Source: Neophaeotheca triangularis
Taxonomy: Eukaryota
DNA length: 42,266 bases
Reading direction: 5' to 3'
Assembly: GCA_054600435.1 (NCBI GenBank)
Contig: BAAIJX010000037.1
Location: 186,001-228,266, forward strand
Both the position numbers and the translations under genes were made by a program. Under the pieces are notes generated by a model. That model did no database searches and was not told where the DNA came from. It saw only the letters and a program-made list of their open reading frames with translations. Each line of letters starts with the position of its first letter. Positions within the stretch are counted from its first letter, which is position 1. Positions 36,176 to 42,266 of this stretch are shown here, piece after piece.

Positions 36176-37485
36176 TGATGAGGGGTGGCGGGTTGAGGAG
36201 GGTGGAGTCTGAGGGAAATTATTGATCAACAAGTCCGGAAGATTTGAGAATAAGAGAGTTCGAGACTGATGGGCTGGAAAGGTAATAATGCGGGTTGTGA
36301 CTACTACCTAGCAGTAGTAGTGCATACAGCATGCAAGTGGAGTTAGGTGGTAGATAGTAGTGAGTGCCTTGCATTGCATCACCAAGTAGGGGCACTATTG
36401 CTTTTTCGCACTGCGCTCAGCTGCTAAGGTCAGGGGTAAGATGTAGGGAGAGGGTCGGATATGAGGTGGTCTTGTCTGGTATGTCATGTTGTGTAGCCCT
36501 ACGATTCCGGGCAGCATAGGGTTCAGGTTATTAGGTCTGAATACGCGCTTAAGCAACTTCCAAGTAGTAAATGATGGCGGTTGTTATTATTGCTGTTCCC
36601 TTGAAACATTTGGTCATGTACTCATATCCTTGGTCTCGCGCAAATCTATTACCCGGATACCGGACTCGACTCGCTCTCGAACATTTGTTGACGTCTTCTT
36701 TTCTTCTACCGCTGGAGGTAAGCCAGGTAGGTGCATGATTTTCCGTCTCATCAAGCGCCCGTTTGCAAATTAAAGGAGTGGGTGCCAAGCCGTGCAGCTT
36801 CCGACGATTCGTCGCTTTTTTGTGCTCGGATATCCGACAAGAGAAGTCAAGAGGTGAAGAGATCGTCAGGAACCCGCAGGAACCGACCCGCAACTGCCAA
36901 CCTAAGCTTGCTTGCTCGCGCTAATCAAGGTACCTAATCCTTACGGGGAACTTCTGAAACAATTATTACCCGTACGGACCCACAGATTCTAGACAAACCG
37001 ACCCCGTTCGTCCACTCACCCGCCCTGTTCGTTTCAGGGGATAGAGTTACTCTCAATAATGTCAGAATGTCAGTCGAATGCAGGTGCAGACACGCGCTGA
37101 CTAGGGTTTTTTCCATGTGGATCATTATTCACGGCGCGCCTCCCCTTTCAGGCCAACAGCAAACGCACAGGCAAGGCAGTCACAACCCTCGACCAGGTTT
37201 GCGAGGTAGGTACTAAAACCCGTCGCCCCTTCCGTTTACGCCTCCTCTTCCCTCTCCCTGCTTCGAACCACCACTTTCCGTGCCTTTTACACTCGCAACC
37301 AGTTTGCGTCCATTCTCTTCACCAAACCAGCTGCGTTGATCGCGTCCATTCTCTTTCGGCCAACTCCGCCAAACACATTCATTCACTCACTTGCCATCTC
37401 GACCTAACCCTCCAACTCGCGCAAGAACGAAAAGAGCCTGTATCCAATACATAACACATTCGCAAACCGCAACATCGTTTCCACC

Positions 37486-39087
37486 ATGAAGTATACCACC
37501 GCTCTCGTGGCCTTGATGGCCGGCGCCAACGCCCACACTCTCATGTCCGAGTTCTACGTCAACGGCGAAGGCCAGGGCGACGGCACTTGCGTCAGGACAC
37601 CCGAGCACGCCAAGGGCGCTGTCGACCCCATCACCGACCTCCAGTCCAGCGACATGGCTTGCGGCCAGGACGGTCTCAAGGGCGTTGAGCGCGTCTGCTC
37701 CGTCGACGGCGGCTCCTCCCTCACCTTCGAGTACCGCCAGTGGCCTGACGACGTCTCCAAGGGTCCTCTCGACGAGGGTCACGCTGGGCCTTGCTCCGTC
37801 TACCTCAAGAAAGTCGACAACGCCGTCGAGGCTTCCGGTACCGGTGATGGCTGGTTCAAGCTCTGGGACGATGGCTACGACGAGTCCTCCGGCAAGTGGT
37901 GCACTCAAAAGATGATCGGTAACAACGGTCGCATCACAGTCACCATTCCCGACTCTCTCCAAGGCGGTGACTACCTTGTCCGCCCCGAGCTCATCGCTCT
38001 CCACAACGTTCCCAAGGGTATCCCCGAGTACTACGTTGGCTGCGCCCAGGTCTTCCTTGACTCTGCCGGCTCTGGGGTCCCCACTTCCACCGTTTCCATC
38101 CCCGGATTTGTTGATGGCTCTGAGGACGGCCTCACCTTCAACATCTACGACCAGCGCAACGACCTCGCATCCTACAAGATTCCCGGTCCTGATGTCGCTG
38201 AGCTGACCTCCGCCCAGTCGGTCGCCTCAACCAACCGCCAGCAGACTGACGGTCTCCCCGAGGAAGGCTGCATCCTCACCAACGCCAACTGGTGTGCTGT
38301 TGAGATCCCCGACTTCTCCGACGAGCAAGGCTGCTGGGATGCCGACAAGGACTGCTGGAACCAGCTCGATGAATGCTACGACACTGCCCCTCCGACTGGA
38401 TCCGCCAACTGCAAGATCTGGGAGCAGAAGTGCAAGCGCAACCAAGATGTCTGCCGTTCCAGCAACCCCAGCGGTCCTGCCGACAAGGGCAAGGTCTTGA
38501 CTCCCGACACCGACACCATCAGCGTCCCAAATTCAGTCAACGCCAACCTTGACTACGGCTCTGGTGGTGCTCCCAGCAACTCTAACTCTGGTAGCTCCGA
38601 CGACTCCAACTCCGACGACTCCAACTCGGGCAGCTCTGAATCCAACAGCTCGCCTTCCAGCACCGCTGCTCCTGCTGCCACCAGCTCCACCGAAAACTCC
38701 AACGACGAGGAGATCGATGAGAGCTATTCTTCCCCTCCCTTCAACCCGGAAGGTGACGACTCCGACTCTGATGGCTCCGACAACTCCGACGATTCTTCCG
38801 CACCTAGCCCTCCCTCGTATGAGGAGTCTGAGCAGGACGACAGCCCCCCAGCTCCGGCCACAACCTTCGCCACAAAGGTCACCCAAGCCCCCAACAACGT
38901 TGTTGTCGAGACTCAAATGGCTTACGAAACCGTTAACGTCGTTGTCACAGTCAACGCCGACGGCGAGTCCGCCGAGCCCACCCCCGCTGCCGACAACTCC
39001 GGCAACGACGACGGCCACGCTCCCTGGTGGAAGCAACACTCCCGCCACCATGGCCATGGCCGCTGGCACCACGGCCCTAACGCTTGA
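37486..39087 (+). CDS. Secreted AA9 lytic polysaccharide monooxygenase with 8-Cys domain, acidic Ser-rich linker and His-rich C-terminus
   Basis: 16-aa signal peptide ending ANA then His1 (37534); DMACG; GHAGPCSVYL; GDGWFKLW; IPDSLQGGDYLVRPELIALH; EYYVGCAQV; VSIPG; YKIPGP. Confidence 0.93.
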   Translation: MKYTTALVALMAGANAHTLMSEFYVNGEGQGDGTCVRTPEHAKGAVDPITDLQSSDMACGQDGLKGVERVCSVDGGSSLTFEYRQWPDDVSKGPLDEGHAGPCSVYLKKVDNAVEASGTGDGWFKLWDDGYDESSGKWCTQKMIGNNGRITVTIPDSLQGGDYLVRPELIALHNVPKGIPEYYVGCAQVFLDSAGSGVPTSTVSIPGFVDGSEDGLTFNIYDQRNDLASYKIPGPDVAELTSAQSVASTNRQQTDGLPEEGCILTNANWCAVEIPDFSDEQGCWDADKDCWNQLDECYDTAPPTGSANCKIWEQKCKRNQDVCRSSNPSGPADKGKVLTPDTDTISVPNSVNANLDYGSGGAPSNSNSGSSDDSNSDDSNSGSSESNSSPSSTAAPAATSSTENSNDEEIDESYSSPPFNPEGDDSDSDGSDNSDDSSAPSPPSYEESEQDDSPPAPATTFATKVTQAPNNVVVETQMAYETVNVVVTVNADGESAEPTPAADNSGNDDGHAPWWKQHSRHHGHGRWHHGPNA

Positions 39088-39491
39088 ATTACATGATGAT
39101 GGCTTTTCCGCAACAGATTTCCACGGCACGGATCGGACTTGACTGGTTTGGGCTTGGTTGGGTTTGGCCGGGTCAGGTCATGGCGGCTACGCATTTGGGC
39201 AATCGGACATCGCGGTGTGCGTTGTCGCGAATGATTTGGTACGATTCATTTTCGCTTCTCGGGGTCAGGAAGCTCGCGGTTTCGTGATGCTTGCCTTGGT
39301 TTTTGTTTCGATGTACGATAGATCTTTTGAAATGAAGGATTCGTGCTTTTCTGAAAGTCTTTAGATCGTTAAGACAGTCCTCAAACCGTTCTCAGTTTTA
39401 GGTGAGGTGGCATTCAGTGGGGGCTTAGCGGATTTACGTAGCAAAAAGGCTCTACAAGGGGGGGCGGACTCGAGTTCATCAATTTAATATC

Positions 39492-39608
39492 GCGGCCATC
39501 ATCATCATCATCACCATCACCGCCATCGCCGCGAACACTACCGCCATCACCGCGGCCATCACGCCCATCACGGCCATCACTAACACGGCTATCACTACCG
39601 CGGCCATA
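39492..39608 (+). repeat. Degenerate (CAT/CAC)n and GCCATCAC low-complexity repeat at the inner edge of the RIP zone
   Basis: gccatcatcatcatcatcaccatcaccgccatc...gccatcac units repeated. Confidence 0.7.
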
Positions 39609-39699
39609 AATATTGCATTCATTTCAGGTTTCCAAATCTACTATAGCATCATGGATCAGGATATGATAGGGGAGGAGAATCGAGCGGAGGAGGCGCAAA

Positions 39700-41398
39700 T
39701 TCTTTAGATAGGCCTACGCAATCTGGATCCTCTTAGCTCTAGAACATCATCACCTTACGACTTAGATATAAAGGCTCCTAGTAATGCCTTACGTCCCTCG
39801 AGCGTAATAGGCTTACGCCCTAGTATAACGACTCTAATGGTATAACTCTGTTTTACTAGCAAAATTTAGAAAATTAGTTTTTATAAGAGCTAGGAAGTTT
39901 TCTAGGACTTCTAGTTAGTTTTCCTAGGATCTATAGGGTTTATAGAGTCTATAGAAAATGAGCTAGTATCTAACATAAATCTATAGAACTCTCTATAAAT
40001 CCTAGTAATGCTTTATATAAGAGGGTTATAGGAAGAATTAGATATAAAAGATATTAGGAAGTTTCTATAGACTTCTAAATAGTTTTATAGGCTTTAGTAT
40101 ATCTAAGGACACCTATAGAAACTACTAGTTAAGGTCTAGTAAATCTATAGCTTTCTATATAAATCAACTTAGAGCTTACTATAGACTCTTAGTATTTAGA
40201 ATTAGTAAAGATATTAAGAAGTTTCTATAGACTTCTAGATAGATTTATAGGCTTTAGTATATCTAAGGACATCTATAGAAACTACTAGCTAAGGTCTAGT
40301 AAATCTATAGCTCTCTATATAAATTAATTATAGAGCTTACTATAAACCTAACTACAATAATTAATTGATTAATTGATTTATTTAGTAAGCTATACATAGA
40401 GATTACCGTATAAGCTACTCTATACCTCCCTTTCTATCCTTACTAACCTAATCCTCGTTTCATGTTAAGGAAATTCTACGTTTACCCTTATTATTACAAC
40501 CGAGAGCTAAGCTGATCATTATTTATAGCTGCTATAAACAATCTCTCTACCCTCTAGTCACAATTAGTGCCTTAACATTATTTGTAGCTACTATAAACAA
40601 TCCCTCTATACTTGTTTTAGTTACGAGGTGTCTAGTCTACTAGTACTTTAGAGAAAGCGTACTATCGCCTAGATGACTTTATATCGCGGCTTCTACTTGT
40701 CTTTTAGGCTATCCTATAGCTAGCTATCTAGCTAGCTCGTAGTTCCGTTATACCTACTAAGGAGGAAGGAGACATCCCTCTATCTATCCCCTATAACCTC
40801 CTAGAGTGTCTACCTATCTAGTTCCTAGAGAGGGTAGAGTAGAAGAACATGCTCGACTATCTCTACCCCTATTCTATAGCTACATTAGGCTAACTCGGCT
40901 ATCTCTATCCTATAAAGGGAGACGTTTAGCTAGTTATGCCCTAAGCGAGCTTAGATTAGAATAGAGGCCTTATCCGAGCCTATTCTTCTATATAGTGTTA
41001 TGATCCTATAAGGTAGTCTTATGGGTTTAGAGCTTATAGTAGAAGAGGAGAGATATCGAAGAAGGCTAGTAAGGGTATTTCCTTTATTATAATGATTTTA
41101 AAGATATATAAAGTGTCGCTATAGACCTTTTAGTAAGATTATAACATAAGTTAAACACAAATCTCTATCTAGGAAATGTCGCTAGCTAAATATAAAAGAG
41201 ATTCATGTTAATCATTCTGATTAGTAGTACTTAGTCCTATTAAGCGTTGCTAAGTAGGAAAACTACTTAGTACTTAAGACTAATTAGTAGTAATTAGTTT
41301 AACTAAGTATTACTAAGTAGGAGGCTACTTAGTTCCTAGTATACTTAGTTCTTAGTAAGCTCTATATACTTAGTCTTAGAGTCCTACTATCAGCATTT
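39700..41398. repeat. Heavily RIP-mutated AT-rich subtelomeric sequence of unidentified origin
   Basis: Very low GC, TAG/CTA/TATA saturated, no ORF in the track, internal direct repeats. Confidence 0.8.
40047..40345 (+). repeat. Direct repeat, period 160 bp (copies start at 40047 and 40207; weaker third copy near 39890)
   Basis: aaagatatta(g/a)gaagtttctatagacttcta...ctatataaat occurs twice, differing mostly by transitions. Confidence 0.85.
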
Positions 41399-41419
41399 TT
41401 AGGGTTAGGGTTAGGGTTA
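41399..41419 (+). repeat. Interstitial (relic) telomere tract (TTAGGG)3 TTA
   Basis: Three perfect units in the same orientation as the terminal array, ~715 bp inside it. Confidence 0.9.
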
Positions 41420-42132
41420 TCCGCCTTACGTTATATATCGTTAGGCGAAAGCTGTAGCGACTTTCAAAACGCTATTTTTAATATCCTAGTAATAGTCTTA
41501 ACTACTATAAGATCTAGCGAGGCTATAGGATTAATATAGTACTTAAGTCCTATCTTATCCTTATACTAGTATACTTTAGTAGAGGTATACGAACTATCTC
41601 GATCTTCTTTAAGTACGAAATCTTGTCTAGCTTTAATATCTAGTAAGATATATTTTTGTAGAAGGTTAATATAGACATTAGTAATCATTTTTCCGTTCTT
41701 ATTTATAGGTATTATGTACTCGTAAAGAGGGGCCTTATAGTTATATCCTATTACTACTAGATAATAGATATCCTTTATAGCCTCGTCACTATAAGGACTA
41801 TCTCCTTTATCTTATTCTAGCTTATTCTTCTTTACCTTTAAGAGTTTCTTCTTAAGAATATAGCAAGTATAATCTAGCTTATATCTCTCTTTAAGGCCCT
41901 TTTTCCGAAAGATATAATGCCGTTTCTCTTTAAGTCTATAGCTATAGTAGAATTTATCTAAGAATCGAATTTTTCGTATATCTTCTTTTATTAGAAACCT
42001 CTTAAGAAATTCCTCTACGAATTTAACTCGCTCTCGTACTTCTTTAGTATCGAGTTCTTTGTATATAGTAGTAATATGCCTTCTATAGCCCTCTTTTACT
42101 AGGCCTTATCGAATAGTCCTATCGCTTATATA
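41420..42132 (-). mobile_element. RIP-mutated internal fragment of a Tc1/mariner (DD34E) transposase
   Basis: One minus-strand frame reads ISDRTIR*GLVKEGYRR...IRFLDKFYY (FSDE before RIP)...IGYNYKAPLYEY..NKNGKMITNVY...FVLKEDRDSSY...INPIASLDLIVVK (SPDLxxxE before RIP), with 34 residues between the second D and the E position; departures at these motifs are C>T/G>A; no TIRs. Confidence 0.85.
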
Positions 42133-42266
42133 TTAGGGTTAGGGTTAGGGTTAGGGGTTAGGGTTAGGGTTAGGGTTAGGGTTAGGGTTAGGGTTAGGGT
42201 TAGGGTTAGGGTTAGGGTTAGGGTTAGGGTTAGGGTTAGGGTTAGGGTTAGGGTTAGGGTTAGGGT
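42133..42266 (+). repeat. Terminal telomere, 22 TTAGGG units including one TTAGGGG variant at 42151-42157
   Basis: Uninterrupted array to the end of the sequence, G-rich strand running 5'->3' toward the end. Confidence 0.99.

Noticed and set aside
37306..37355. GCGTCCATTCTCTT direct repeat upstream of the LPMO
   Set aside because: Two copies in a pyrimidine-rich 5' region; a simple local duplication is sufficient explanation
39890..40345. Repeat array resembling CRISPR
   Set aside because: Eukaryotic locus, 160-bp tandem units without unique spacers, no cas genes
39700..41398. Telomere-linked RecQ helicase or telomere-targeting retroelement
   Set aside because: No helicase or reverse-transcriptase motifs found in the parts I could read through the RIP damage; needs a translated search
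42151..42157. TTAGGGG variant telomere unit
   Set aside because: A single extra G could be telomerase slippage or a homopolymer sequencing error

Overview
Right-hand end of a filamentous ascomycete chromosome (spliceosomal GT-AG introns with CTRAC branch points, RIP-like TpA-rich relics, terminal TTAGGG array; Dothideomycete-like is only a guess). From left to right: the 3' end of an SDR gene, a broken HET-domain relic, and a compact housekeeping block (QTRT2, CDC8, SLX1, KDM5/Lid2, AIM6-like). Next come a Dal5-type MFS gene and a partly decayed, GATA-site-rich putative nitrogen-scavenging cluster (MFS pseudogene, orphan NMT1/SsuA-fold binding protein, transcription-factor relic, intact PuuE-like hydrolase). 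These are followed by a P450, a D-2-hydroxyacid dehydrogenase and a sugar porter, then a divergent ferric reductase/Ctr copper-uptake pair beside an unusual AA9 LPMO (Gln-to-Glu second-sphere change, 8-Cys domain, His-rich tail). The last ~2.5 kb before the telomere is RIP-mutated. It contains a 3-unit relic telomere, then a captured, RIP-mutated DD34E Tc1/mariner transposase fragment, then the current telomere. Gene models were spliced by eye and no database searches were run.
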